Shown here one piece after another: positions 18,875 through 28,249 of a stretch of 64,000 nt of DNA. Made by a program: the position numbers and the translations under genes. This stretch comes from an uncultured Planctomycetia bacterium. GTDB lineage: Bacteria; Omnitrophota; Gorgyraeia; 2-02-FULL-51-18. The number at the start of each line of letters is the position of its first letter. Position 1 is the stretch's first letter. The notes under the pieces are model-generated. The model made no database searches. It worked only from the letters and a program-made list of their open reading frames with translations, and had not been told where the DNA came from. The stretch lies in assembly GCA_964642015.1 (NCBI GenBank), contig CAZXLF010000005.1, forward strand, positions 139,847-203,846, written 5' to 3'.

Positions 18875-20368
18875 CTACGAATCTTTTTCACTGAATTCCT
18901 CAGCAGTAAAAATATAAAGATCCGTCGCAGGATCTTGCCAGCACGAATCCGGCAAGCCCGCTTTTTGAGAACACAGTTCGTTCAAAAATTTTGTCTTATC
19001 AAAGTCGAATTCTTCGCCGACTTTCGGAAGGAAGACTCCAGAATGTCCTGCTTGGTTCACGATTACGCCATGCTTACCTAGAATAATTTCATCTGCACTT
19101 TTAATTTTTACTGGCGCGCTCAACACAGAAACTTCAAACTCTAAATCCTTCAGTTCTTCTTTTTGGACTGGTTGGAAACGCGGATCTTCCGACGCAGCTT
19201 GAATAGCCATGTTTCTGACAGCGACAGCCAGTGGTTCTCTGGCCGTAAGACTGCCAATGCATCCGCGAAGCCGTCCTTTCTCCATGATCGTAACAAAAGC
19301 TGCTCTATCTTCTTTGAAGACCGGGTCATTTTCGCTCGGCTGGTAAATATTGCCGTTCTCCACAAAATTTTCAACGGTGTTCCTAGCGATTTTCAAAAGC
19401 TCATGTTTTTCTTCCGGGGTCAAACTCTTAGCTTGGACTTTCTCTGTTTTAACGGAAGCCTGCGGCGCACTGTCCTGATAAATTACGCTCGCACCGTATC
19501 CTACGACCCTCGATCGATCGCCGGTCGTATCGGCCGTCGTGGAATAATTCAAAACTTCAAGATGCGTGTTTCCCATGAGATGAGATATTTCAAGTAAAGT
19601 AAGTACAGCCGCCTGGCCGCATAATTCACCCTTTCCCGCATTTAATGCGGTTGAAAGTCCGACGGCATTTTGATCTTTTAAAAATCCAAGCGTTGTGGAA
19701 TCCATTGTGCGTGCGATCGAGTCTTCATAATAATGACTCATATCAGATGAGGCGATGACCAATACACTTTTTCCTTGGATATTTTTATAGACCGCTTGCG
19801 CCAAAGCTTTGTAATTATCGGGAGACGGGTCACTGATCAGGATAGGGACTATCTTAAAATTTGTCAGGACTTTCTGCAGGAACGGCACTTGAGCCTCAAG
19901 CGAATGTTCAGCTAAATGCGCATTTTCAGTGAACTGAAAATCAGGGTTCTCGTTAGCAATCGCTTGCGCCAATTCCTCATCGATCGCCACATCACCTAAC
20001 GGCGTCTGCCATAAACCAGATTTCCAAATAGAAGCTCCATGAAATAAAGCGCTATGATAAGGTCCGATAATAATGACCGAATCGTAATGATTGCCCTTGA
20101 TCAACCGATAATCATAAGCAGCTGTCTGACCTGAATAAATGTATCCTGCATGTGGAGCAATAAAAAACTTTATCGTTCCTGGAATTGGTTTGTGCTCGGG
20201 AACTTTTTCCAGAAAACCATTGATCATTTGGCTTAATTCATTTTTATCGGAAGGATAAAATTGGCCCGATACAAAAGGATGGCGGATATTTGCCTGCGCC
20301 GCGAACGCAAGGTTCGCGGATAAAAAGATCAATAGTATCGTTTTAAAAACAGATATAAACCGATTCAT
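18875..20368 (-). CDS. Memo-like (AmmeMemoRadiSam protein B) - AMMECR1 fusion protein with N-terminal Sec signal peptide
   Basis: Signal peptide ending AFA|AQA; Memo motif APHAGYIYSG; C-terminal AMMECR1 motif GRLRGCIGSL. Confidence 0.8.
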   Translation of the reverse strand: MNRFISVFKTILLIFLSANLAFAAQANIRHPFVSGQFYPSDKNELSQMINGFLEKVPEHKPIPGTIKFFIAPHAGYIYSGQTAAYDYRLIKGNHYDSVIIIGPYHSALFHGASIWKSGLWQTPLGDVAIDEELAQAIANENPDFQFTENAHLAEHSLEAQVPFLQKVLTNFKIVPILISDPSPDNYKALAQAVYKNIQGKSVLVIASSDMSHYYEDSIARTMDSTTLGFLKDQNAVGLSTALNAGKGELCGQAAVLTLLEISHLMGNTHLEVLNYSTTADTTGDRSRVVGYGASVIYQDSAPQASVKTEKVQAKSLTPEEKHELLKIARNTVENFVENGNIYQPSENDPVFKEDRAAFVTIMEKGRLRGCIGSLTAREPLAVAVRNMAIQAASEDPRFQPVQKEELKDLEFEVSVLSAPVKIKSADEIILGKHGVIVNQAGHSGVFLPKVGEEFDFDKTKFLNELCSQKAGLPDSCWQDPATDLYIFTAEEFSEKDS

Positions 20369-20648
20369 TTTCTATTTTAACAGGGTAAGAATTTATTTTT
20401 GTTCCCGGTTGGTTCTTACATTCGCCGGTGGGAATATCAAAAAGCCAGCCATGCAAAGGACATCTGACAGATGATCCTTCTATTGCACCACGAAATAACG
20501 GGCCGCCTCTATGAGGGCAGGAATTATCGATCGCAAAAAATGCGCTCCCTATTTGAAATAATGCGATCTCTCTGCCGCTGATATCAAGATATTTAACTTT
20601 ATTGGCAGCAATATCCGAAACAGTACCCGCCGAATACCATTCTGACAT
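20343..20648 (-). CDS. Rieske [2Fe-2S] ferredoxin (NirD-like small subunit)
   Basis: CPHRGGPL...CPLHGW cluster-binding boxes; 101 aa. Confidence 0.85.
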   Translation of the reverse strand: MSEWYSAGTVSDIAANKVKYLDISGREIALFQIGSAFFAIDNSCPHRGGPLFRGAIEGSSVRCPLHGWLFDIPTGECKNQPGTKINSYPVKIENESVYICF

Positions 20649-20649
20649 T

Positions 20650-21666
20650 CTATGAACCCGCTAAAACCGCTTTCCGGTCATAGGTCGGAATGCCCTCGAT
20701 ATAACCCCATCGGCGTACGGCCGGTTCCCAGTTTTTTTCTCGGTAGGCCAAATATTTAAGCAACGTGTCCAAACCGTCACAGGTGCGCTCAAGATTGGTT
20801 TTCATTTGAGGAAAATCTGGCCAACCGAATTCATTCTTCACGCGCAGAATCCATGTCATCGCATTTTCAATGACGGGTTCGCACCTTTTTTCTTCGCCGA
20901 GAATGCGGGAAATAATGATGAGCGATCTTGTCGAGTCCATCGTATGATCCACATTCTCACCGTCATATGAACCATCCGAAGCTTGGAACGAAAAAAGTTT
21001 TTCCATTCCCTTTTGGCAAGTTTTCTTATGATCAAGCTTTTCGGGAAGCACAAGAGACGCGATCACGGCATCCTGTACAAGATGCGCCGTGGTTTCAACG
21101 CCGGTAGGATGGAATTTTTCATCGACCCATGCACCATCCGGCCGTTGGTTTTCTACGATGAACTGAAGCCCCGCTTTCCAAGATTTTTTGACCTTGTTCT
21201 TCCAAGCTGGTTCACCAAGCGCAAGCACCACATTAAAAAAACTTACCGGATGACTTGTGGTATCCAGATCCGCCCAGGAAGGATCCACCCATCGCCCGTC
21301 CTCTTTCTGATTTTTCAAGAAATAATCGATGGATCTGTCGACCGCTCTAGAGATCTTCGAATTTTTTAACACCTGATTTCCGCGGATCAGCATCAACGCC
21401 ATGAAAGCGGAAACCCATGCTGCGCTCTCGTCATTATCTGATTCGGCTCCCCAACCGCCGTCCCTATGCTGATTTTCTGCGACGGATAAAAATTCGCTCT
21501 CGTATTTTTTCACTTCACCCATGTGAAGCAATACACGCAACGCGTGCGCAACAAGCTCATTGTTCTTCGGACCGGATAAAAGACTCCAATGGTCGTGTTT
21601 CCTGATGAAAAATTCGTATTCGCGGTCAATGACGGTCTTGATCTCGTTCAGATTCTGCATTTTCAT
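20650..21666 (-). CDS. prenyltransferase/squalene-oxidase-repeat (alpha/alpha toroid) protein
   Basis: Four QxxDGxW/Y repeats (QHRDGGW, QKEDGRW, QRPDGAW, QASDGSY); no signal peptide. Confidence 0.7.
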   Translation of the reverse strand: MKMQNLNEIKTVIDREYEFFIRKHDHWSLLSGPKNNELVAHALRVLLHMGEVKKYESEFLSVAENQHRDGGWGAESDNDESAAWVSAFMALMLIRGNQVLKNSKISRAVDRSIDYFLKNQKEDGRWVDPSWADLDTTSHPVSFFNVVLALGEPAWKNKVKKSWKAGLQFIVENQRPDGAWVDEKFHPTGVETTAHLVQDAVIASLVLPEKLDHKKTCQKGMEKLFSFQASDGSYDGENVDHTMDSTRSLIIISRILGEEKRCEPVIENAMTWILRVKNEFGWPDFPQMKTNLERTCDGLDTLLKYLAYREKNWEPAVRRWGYIEGIPTYDRKAVLAGS

Positions 21667-22118
21667 CTCCTTTGATTATCGAAAAAATTATCCAGACTAA
21701 AAAACTGCGTACAAGAAAAATAAGCGGCCAAGAACATAAAAACGATCCAAAGCACAATATCTAAACCGAGAGTTTGCTGGGGCTGAAGCGAAAAAGAATC
21801 CCCGAAACATCCGCAATCCTGGATCGGCAACCTTCTAAAAAGCGCCGAACCAATGACACCTATAAAAACGGTGTTGAAAACCCAAAGAATCAAAATCGAT
21901 ATCCTGGACCAAAAACCCAGTATCAAAAAAATACCAACGATGAATTCTCCCCACGGCATCGATTTTGCCAGTATTTCCGCGGCAGCGCCTTTTAAGATCT
22001 CATAACTTTGTATTGCGGCTAAAAAATTCTGATACGGTTGCATCAACTTGATAAATCCAGATACCACGAATACTCCGCCGGCCAAAATTCTTAAGAGCAC
22101 AAAAAGTTTAGCGCGCAT
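21663..22118 (-). CDS. MauE/DoxX-family membrane protein
   Basis: Four TM helices and the MauE-type DCGCFG motif; start probably at MRAKLF. Confidence 0.7.
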   Translation of the reverse strand: MRAKLFVLLRILAGGVFVVSGFIKLMQPYQNFLAAIQSYEILKGAAAEILAKSMPWGEFIVGIFLILGFWSRISILILWVFNTVFIGVIGSALFRRLPIQDCGCFGDSFSLQPQQTLGLDIVLWIVFMFLAAYFSCTQFFSLDNFFDNQRR

Positions 22119-22764
22119 TATTTTCTTCTCCAGCAATATCAAAATCAAATTTAGGCGAGAAATTCTTTAACTCTTCGAGCAAAGGTTTATGACCAACTAT
22201 CATTTTTCCGTTGATAAAAACAGTCGGCGTGGAATCAATCCCCAATTCTTTACTCGCAGCGCTTTCTTCCAAGACTTTTTCTTTTGTCATAGGATTGGTA
22301 AGGCAAGAATCCAGTTTCTTCAGGTCCATTCCGGCCTGATGGGCATAATCATGAAATACACCGGTCGCGTAGTTCATGTCCTTCCAAACAGATTGGTTTT
22401 CAAACAGCAAACGGTGAAATTCCCAAAATTTATTCTGTCTTGTAGCGCACTCCGCATAGATCGCGGTTTCAAGACCGTGGGGATGCTGTTTTAACGGATG
22501 AAAGCGGACTTGTAAATAAAGCTTGGATGGATTTTCTTTCATATAAGCATCGAGGATCTTGAACGCTATTCGGCATGAAGGGCACTGATAGTCCATATAC
22601 TCGACAGCCCATATCGGCGCGGCGGGATTTCCGCGTGACCGGTTCAAAATACGGCTGTCCAGCATCACGCGGCCGTGTGGCCCGAAAAAATATCTCGCAC
22701 CGTGAATAAAACCTACGCATAACAAGATAACAAAGAGCGTTGCGACAAATTTAAACTTTTTCAA
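22108..22764 (-). CDS. DsbA-like thioredoxin-fold protein
   Basis: Signal/TM N-terminus and CPSC active site (YMDYQCPSCR). Confidence 0.8.
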   Translation of the reverse strand: MKKFKFVATLFVILLCVGFIHGARYFFGPHGRVMLDSRILNRSRGNPAAPIWAVEYMDYQCPSCRIAFKILDAYMKENPSKLYLQVRFHPLKQHPHGLETAIYAECATRQNKFWEFHRLLFENQSVWKDMNYATGVFHDYAHQAGMDLKKLDSCLTNPMTKEKVLEESAASKELGIDSTPTVFINGKMIVGHKPLLEELKNFSPKFDFDIAGEENNAR

Positions 22765-22784
22765 AGCGGCCGTTCTGTGAACAG

Positions 22785-23258
22785 TTATTCGAGAAGGTCC
22801 TGATTAGAAGTTTTTATTTTCAATTGATTGATGACTTTTTTCACGCCTTCCATTTTTTTGACTTTGTCTTCTATCAAATTCCGTTCATCTTCATTATTCA
22901 CAAAACCGTCCAGCGTCACAGCCCCATTCACAGAGCTCACTTTGAGCTTAGCGGGGATCTTCGCAAGTTCCTCATCCTCTTTGAAATTAGCTAAGATCTT
23001 TTCGGCTAAATTGTCGGTCTGATAACTCCCTTCCGAAGCAGGCTGGCGGCTCTTCGGGTTCCATCGTCCCCGCAGATCCGGGTTCAACTCAGCTTTGAGT
23101 TCGTTCCTCTGGATTCTTTGATTGGGAGTCAACCCTCTGGGATCTTGACGAAACTCGTTGCGTGTGGATTCGGTCGTAATGAAATCTCTGACCCCGGCAT
23201 AAGATGGCGAAATACCGAGGATGAATACCAAAATGCTCCAAAAAATGGTCTTTTTCAT
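22785..23258 (-). CDS. secreted BON-domain protein (OsmY-like)
   Basis: Signal peptide then C-terminal BON domain (VSSVNGAVTLDGFVNNEDERNLIEDKVKKMEGVKKVINQL). Confidence 0.7.
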   Translation of the reverse strand: MKKTIFWSILVFILGISPSYAGVRDFITTESTRNEFRQDPRGLTPNQRIQRNELKAELNPDLRGRWNPKSRQPASEGSYQTDNLAEKILANFKEDEELAKIPAKLKVSSVNGAVTLDGFVNNEDERNLIEDKVKKMEGVKKVINQLKIKTSNQDLLE

Positions 23259-23360
23259 AACGGCCCCCTTTATTTTCACCGTGGTCTATTGTTAATAGCT
23301 TAAGCCTCTTGATTTTTATAGTCAATGTTTAATAAGAAGTCCGGTAAAAACATCCCTTCC

Positions 23361-23389
23361 TTGACGGTTATTAAAACATACCTTATGAT
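23361..23389 (+). promoter_or_regulatory. sigma-70-like promoter for the pseudouridine synthase gene (near-leaderless)
   Basis: TTGACG, 17-nt spacer, TATGAT; ATG lies 7 nt after the -10. Confidence 0.5.
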
Positions 23390-23395
23390 GACTTG

Positions 23396-24268
23396 ATGAA
23401 AACGCATACAGCCGTCGAAGACCTGCTGCTTTTAACTTACCTCTTGAAATACTTCCCCGAAAAAAAGCGTACAAAAATCAAACAGCTTTTAAAATACGGC
23501 GCGATCGCGGTAAATGGCAAGATCGTGACCCGGCACGATTATTCTTTGAAAACCGGCGATACACTTGAATTTCTTCAAAAACCAAAAGAAAACCGTCAGC
23601 GCCCTAAACTCGAACCTCCTTTTCCGATTATCTACGAGGATGATCATCTCATCGTCATAGACAAGCCGGAAGGACTACTGACTGTAGCAACAGAAAAGAT
23701 TAAGACACACACCGTTTATTACGAATTGACCGACTATGTCAGGTCCAATGGAAAAACAGGCAAGGAGCGTATATTTATTGTTCACAGACTTGATCGGGAT
23801 GCTTCGGGGCTTTTAGTTTTCGCTAAGAATGAAGAAGTGAAATATTCTCTCCAGAACCATTGGGATAAAGCCGAGAAGAAATATTACGCGCTCGTTGAGG
23901 GTATACCTAAAAAATCGTCTGAGACCATCGAAAGTCACCTTATCGAAGATAAATTCCGCAGAGTTTACAGTGCCCGCGAATCCAAATTCTCTAAATATGC
24001 TGCGACGCAGTACAGGGTTATCAAATCGTCAAAAAAATTTTCACTTCTTGAAGTCACGCTCTTGACCGGAAGAAAGAACCAGATCCGAGTTCATCTAGCA
24101 GATATAGGCCACCCCATCATTGGGGATGAAAAATACGGAAGTATTTCAGATCCTGCGGGCCGCCTGGGGCTTCATGCCTATTTATTGTCTTTTAGACATC
24201 CCGTCACACAGGAACAGATGATATTTAAAAGCGAATTACCGGCGGATTTAAAGAAAGTTATTGCTTAA
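23396..24268 (+). CDS. RluA-family 23S rRNA pseudouridine synthase (RluC/RluD-like, with S4 domain)
   Basis: S4-like N-terminus and HRLDRDASGLLVFAKN catalytic motif. Confidence 0.88.
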   Translation: MKTHTAVEDLLLLTYLLKYFPEKKRTKIKQLLKYGAIAVNGKIVTRHDYSLKTGDTLEFLQKPKENRQRPKLEPPFPIIYEDDHLIVIDKPEGLLTVATEKIKTHTVYYELTDYVRSNGKTGKERIFIVHRLDRDASGLLVFAKNEEVKYSLQNHWDKAEKKYYALVEGIPKKSSETIESHLIEDKFRRVYSARESKFSKYAATQYRVIKSSKKFSLLEVTLLTGRKNQIRVHLADIGHPIIGDEKYGSISDPAGRLGLHAYLLSFRHPVTQEQMIFKSELPADLKKVIA

Positions 24269-24279
24269 AGCGGTTAGAA

Positions 24280-25314
24280 TCAGCTCTTAACAGTTTTGGG
24301 ATGTTTCATGAAAAAATCTAGCATTAGATCGGTTGCGGATATTTCTTGTGTAGGAGGATCTACGTTGCTATTGTGTATACCCGGCTTCCCTCCGGGCCAG
24401 GCATGTCCCTGGCCGACGATTGTATAAAGCTGTACCTCCGTACCATCGATGCCGCCGCTGTAAGTATCATGGATAATACTGCCGAATTTCTCCGTTTTCG
24501 GCGTCGGAGAACAACCATCGCGTTTGACCCAATAAGAGACCGCGTAAGAAACAGGTTTATCGGTCCTCGGATGTTTGTCGAATGCTTTTTTGGGAACGCC
24601 CCCATCGTAAAGGACATGCAGATCTGCCGTCCCATGAAAAATGATCGCGGAAACAGGGTAAGCAGCATCAGGGTCGTCGGTATCTAAAGCTCCCGCTACG
24701 GGGGCGATGGCTGCTATTCTATCGGACAGTTCACACCCTAATTTATAAGTCATCATGCCACCGTTTGAAAGCCCTGTTGCAAATATTCGTGTGGAATCGA
24801 TCGAATAATTTTTTTCAAGCTCATCCAACAGTGCATTAATAAATCCGACATCATCTATTTTATTTTGTAATGCGTATCCACAGCAAAGGAACGAATTCCA
24901 AGTAAAGAAACGATCTTTCATGGGACTTGTGCCATTAGGATAAACGACAATAAACCCTTGTTTGTCAGATCTTGGATCCATATCAGCCATTCGGACAGCG
25001 CCTTCCGCCTTGCCTCCACCGCCATGCAGGACAATCACAAGCGGAACAGGTTTTGTGCCGTCATAACTAGAAGGCACATGCAATAAGTAATATCTTTGTA
25101 TACCTCCAAAAGAAAGATAATATTTTGGATCCGCAGATTCTTCTTGTTGAGAAGAATTTTGATTCTGAAGACGCTCAAGGATCCTTTCCCGGATACGCTC
25201 ACGAATGGTCTCTTGGGCATATATGGGAATGGTTGAAGTTAAAATGATAACGGAAATAATCCAAAAATATATGTTCTTGGGAGGCCGACGGTTCAATTTA
25301 TAGAAGAAGTTCAT
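24280..25314 (-). CDS. secreted alpha/beta-hydrolase esterase, PHB-depolymerase (LpqC) family, paralog A
   Basis: Signal peptide, LVIVLHGGGG oxyanion region and GLSNGG nucleophile elbow; paralog of 27262-28230. Confidence 0.8.
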   Translation of the reverse strand: MNFFYKLNRRPPKNIYFWIISVIILTSTIPIYAQETIRERIRERILERLQNQNSSQQEESADPKYYLSFGGIQRYYLLHVPSSYDGTKPVPLVIVLHGGGGKAEGAVRMADMDPRSDKQGFIVVYPNGTSPMKDRFFTWNSFLCCGYALQNKIDDVGFINALLDELEKNYSIDSTRIFATGLSNGGMMTYKLGCELSDRIAAIAPVAGALDTDDPDAAYPVSAIIFHGTADLHVLYDGGVPKKAFDKHPRTDKPVSYAVSYWVKRDGCSPTPKTEKFGSIIHDTYSGGIDGTEVQLYTIVGQGHAWPGGKPGIHNSNVDPPTQEISATDLMLDFFMKHPKTVKS

Positions 25315-25345
25315 TCAAATATAGTACTTGCATCAAAGTTATTTT

Positions 25346-26050
25346 TCAACTTTTTGAGATCGAAGGTGTTTGGGCAGAAAAATTCCTTAATTCACCTACC
25401 TCTTTGTCGTTAGAAGACAACATTACTTCTTGATTCTTACCGGTATCTTTGCCAAAAAACTTAAAAGTCGCGACCAATAGATAATCTATCGATTCCCGAA
25501 GGTCCGGATTTTGGCTTTCATTGATCGTATCTCCCACCCAAACCACTTTTTCATTATGATTTTTCAAGCTGTTGGGATCCAAAACTTTCACAAATAACCG
25601 AGCGGTATAAACAGTATATGTCTCCGAAGCATAGGTGACTGAAGTGTACCCCGGCGATACGACATCATAATATGTATTCGAGCCGCTGACAAACACGCGT
25701 CGAACAATATCGTGGTGCTGGACAAAATCGGGCCTTGTTTCCGTTTCGGACCTTCCCGAAATATCATAATTAAACGTAATGAAATAATCCGCGCTTCCTT
25801 CGGAAGCGAGCTTATATCCTTTTTTCGATAAAAGATTTTCGATCTTCATTTTGACTTCATTGTCAAAAATAGGATTTGGCGAACTCTGATTCGATAATAC
25901 GATGAAAGACGCTCCGGCAGGTATTTGAAGGTTAGAGACGGTCTTGTCTAAATAAGCATTGGTCAATACGTTATAGTTCGTGGCACAACTAGCCAGAAAT
26001 GCAGCAGCCGAAACAAGAAGAAAAATATAAATCAAATTCTTTTTCAGCAC
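25346..26050 (-). CDS. lipoprotein of unknown function
   Basis: GTG start gives LKKNLIYIFLLVSAAAFLASC lipobox signal peptide; upstream track extension overlaps the neighbouring gene. Confidence 0.6.
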   Translation of the reverse strand: MLKKNLIYIFLLVSAAAFLASCATNYNVLTNAYLDKTVSNLQIPAGASFIVLSNQSSPNPIFDNEVKMKIENLLSKKGYKLASEGSADYFITFNYDISGRSETETRPDFVQHHDIVRRVFVSGSNTYYDVVSPGYTSVTYASETYTVYTARLFVKVLDPNSLKNHNEKVVWVGDTINESQNPDLRESIDYLLVATFKFFGKDTGKNQEVMLSSNDKEVGELRNFSAQTPSISKS

Positions 26051-26063
26051 TGAGGCTATTCGA

Positions 26064-26798
26064 TCACTTAACTTTATGCTTTGACATTTGGCGTTTCTCC
26101 CACTGAAGCGCATATTGATCCAGCAGATCATTAAGATCTTTTGTAGAAGGTTTGACAGGCACGCTCCCATTCAATAAGACATCTTCAGCCGTGACTTTTT
26201 TGCCATAGTAAGAATTATTAGCTCCATTGTCTGGAAAAATAACCGCGCCGTTCAGCGCAGCTCCGGCAAAAAGGCCATGACTTTTGGAATAAGACAAGAT
26301 CATGGATCTTAAGAAAAAATCTGTTGATAACTCGGATGTTCTGCCGACAGGTCCTACAGCGACGGCAAAATCCGCTCCCAAAGTTATTTTGCTCGTAAGC
26401 AGGCTCTCAAGACCTTTGTTATTTAAAATAATCAATACAAGATCTGTCGCTTGGATCCCGGCCTGAAGTCCAGCACTTAACCCTAAGATCGTGGAAAATG
26501 ATGCAGGACCCCATTCGCCTGTTTTCTTGTCGCGCTTAATCACGACACCCTTTCCGTAACGCCCGCCGATCAAAAATCCGCCATTCAACACCGTAGGATA
26601 TATAGCGATTGCTTTACACTTGGCCAAAAGCTCTTCAGGAATGCTTTGGTCAGGAATCGACATGATCTCTTTGATCACTTGTTTCGAATCTCCGATGACC
26701 CGATCTTGATCAAGGCTATCTGCATGGACCGAAGACGTCATAAAAATGAAGCCGACGCTTACAGCCATCAAAATCCTAATTCTCATCATATCCTGCAC
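26064..26798 (-). CDS. secreted SYLF (Ysc84/DUF500) domain protein
   Basis: Signal peptide plus conserved SYLF core (YSKSHGLFAGAALNGAVI). Confidence 0.7.
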   Translation of the reverse strand: MQDMMRIRILMAVSVGFIFMTSSVHADSLDQDRVIGDSKQVIKEIMSIPDQSIPEELLAKCKAIAIYPTVLNGGFLIGGRYGKGVVIKRDKKTGEWGPASFSTILGLSAGLQAGIQATDLVLIILNNKGLESLLTSKITLGADFAVAVGPVGRTSELSTDFFLRSMILSYSKSHGLFAGAALNGAVIFPDNGANNSYYGKKVTAEDVLLNGSVPVKPSTKDLNDLLDQYALQWEKRQMSKHKVK

Positions 26799-26814
26799 CC
26801 AAATTGTAATACGA

Positions 26815-27219
26815 TCATTTTTTTATGATCTTAAACGAAGCAAAATTCCTACGGCTCTTATCACCACTGTCATATGTTTGTCTGACCGCCCAAGTATACA
26901 CTTCGCCATTTTGAAACAATTCCGATCCAACATTCATAGAATATCCGTTCACTTTTTCTTTATGAATCAATGTAGATGATAGCATTTCGCGACCCTTATA
27001 GATCCTAAAATCATAGTATTGCCGTCTTACCGGATCCCCTTCAGTGGACCATTCAAACGGTAAAAATGTTTTACCTGTCAGGTCAACGTTTTCCGACGAA
27101 GGAGAAATAAGTCTGGGAGCCGGGACTTTATACATTTCGGATAGCACGATCTTGTGATCTTTGGCAAAAGCTGGCACGGTCACAATAAAACCGACGATCA
27201 TTAATATGATATATTTCAT
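26815..27219 (-). CDS. secreted hypothetical protein
   Basis: 134 aa with signal peptide (VPAFA). Confidence 0.55.
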   Translation of the reverse strand: MKYIILMIVGFIVTVPAFAKDHKIVLSEMYKVPAPRLISPSSENVDLTGKTFLPFEWSTEGDPVRRQYYDFRIYKGREMLSSTLIHKEKVNGYSMNVGSELFQNGEVYTWAVRQTYDSGDKSRRNFASFKIIKK

Positions 27220-27261
27220 GCATCTATTTTACTGCGACTTGCCTGTAAATTCTACAAGACC

Positions 27262-28230
27262 TTAGACGTAATTTTCCCTGACCCACTTGCTATAAGGACT
27301 TTTGTCATGGTTATCGGGTTTCGGATGTTGTGCGAAAAATTCCCACATCAGATCCGTTGCGGATATTTCTTTGGTGGGTTCATCGAGATTTCCGTTATGA
27401 ATCCCGCTTGCGCTACCCGGCCACGCGTGTCCTTGACCTCGGATCGTATAAAGGACCACTTCAGTACCGTTGGTCCCTCCAACATAAGATTGCCTGATAA
27501 TATTGTCTCGCTCCGTAAGAATAGCTTTTTCTTTGCATTGATCAAAATGAGCCCAAAAAGATATCCCATAAGTGGCCGGTTTGTCGATACGTGACAGCGG
27601 ATCTATAAGTTTTTTCGGAGATCCCCCCTCATAGAGAATATATTGATCATCACTTCCATGAAAAGCTATCACAGAGACGGGGTAAGACGCTTCGGGTTTG
27701 TCGATATTCATTGGCGCTGCTATCGGAGCAATTGCTGCGATCTTATCCGATAGCTCCAATGCCAGCCGATAAACCATCATTCCACCATTTGAAAAACCGG
27801 TCGCGAAGATCTTTTTCTGATCTATCGAATACTCTTTTCCCAATCTTTCTATCATTTCTCGGATAAAACCAACGTCATTGATCTCATTTTTCACCGCGGA
27901 ACCACAGCAATTCCATGCATTCCACGTGAACGAATTATTTTGCGACGAACCAGTTCCATCAGGATAGATCGCGATGAAACCTTCTCGATCGGACTTATCG
28001 TTCATTTGAGACAAGCGCATTGCACTTCGTGCGTTCGCACCCTCCGGATGCAAAACAATAACCAGAGGCACCGCTTTGGCAGGATCGTAACTGACCGGCA
28101 CATGAAAATAATAACTTCTGGTCATGCCGTTAAAAGTGAAAAAACCCTTTAAATTCTCGGCGCCTTTGGAAAACGCCTGAGAAGTATTGATCAGTGTAAA
28201 GATCAGCGCCGCTAAAAATATTTTTCTCAA
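27262..28230 (-). CDS. secreted alpha/beta-hydrolase esterase, PHB-depolymerase (LpqC) family, paralog B
   Basis: LVIVLHPEGA and GFSNGG motifs; C-terminus nearly identical in motif order to paralog A (GQGHAWPG...EISATDLM..FF..HPK). Confidence 0.8.
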   Translation of the reverse strand: MRKIFLAALIFTLINTSQAFSKGAENLKGFFTFNGMTRSYYFHVPVSYDPAKAVPLVIVLHPEGANARSAMRLSQMNDKSDREGFIAIYPDGTGSSQNNSFTWNAWNCCGSAVKNEINDVGFIREMIERLGKEYSIDQKKIFATGFSNGGMMVYRLALELSDKIAAIAPIAAPMNIDKPEASYPVSVIAFHGSDDQYILYEGGSPKKLIDPLSRIDKPATYGISFWAHFDQCKEKAILTERDNIIRQSYVGGTNGTEVVLYTIRGQGHAWPGSASGIHNGNLDEPTKEISATDLMWEFFAQHPKPDNHDKSPYSKWVRENYV

Positions 28231-28249
28231 TGATAGTCCTAATGGTTTC

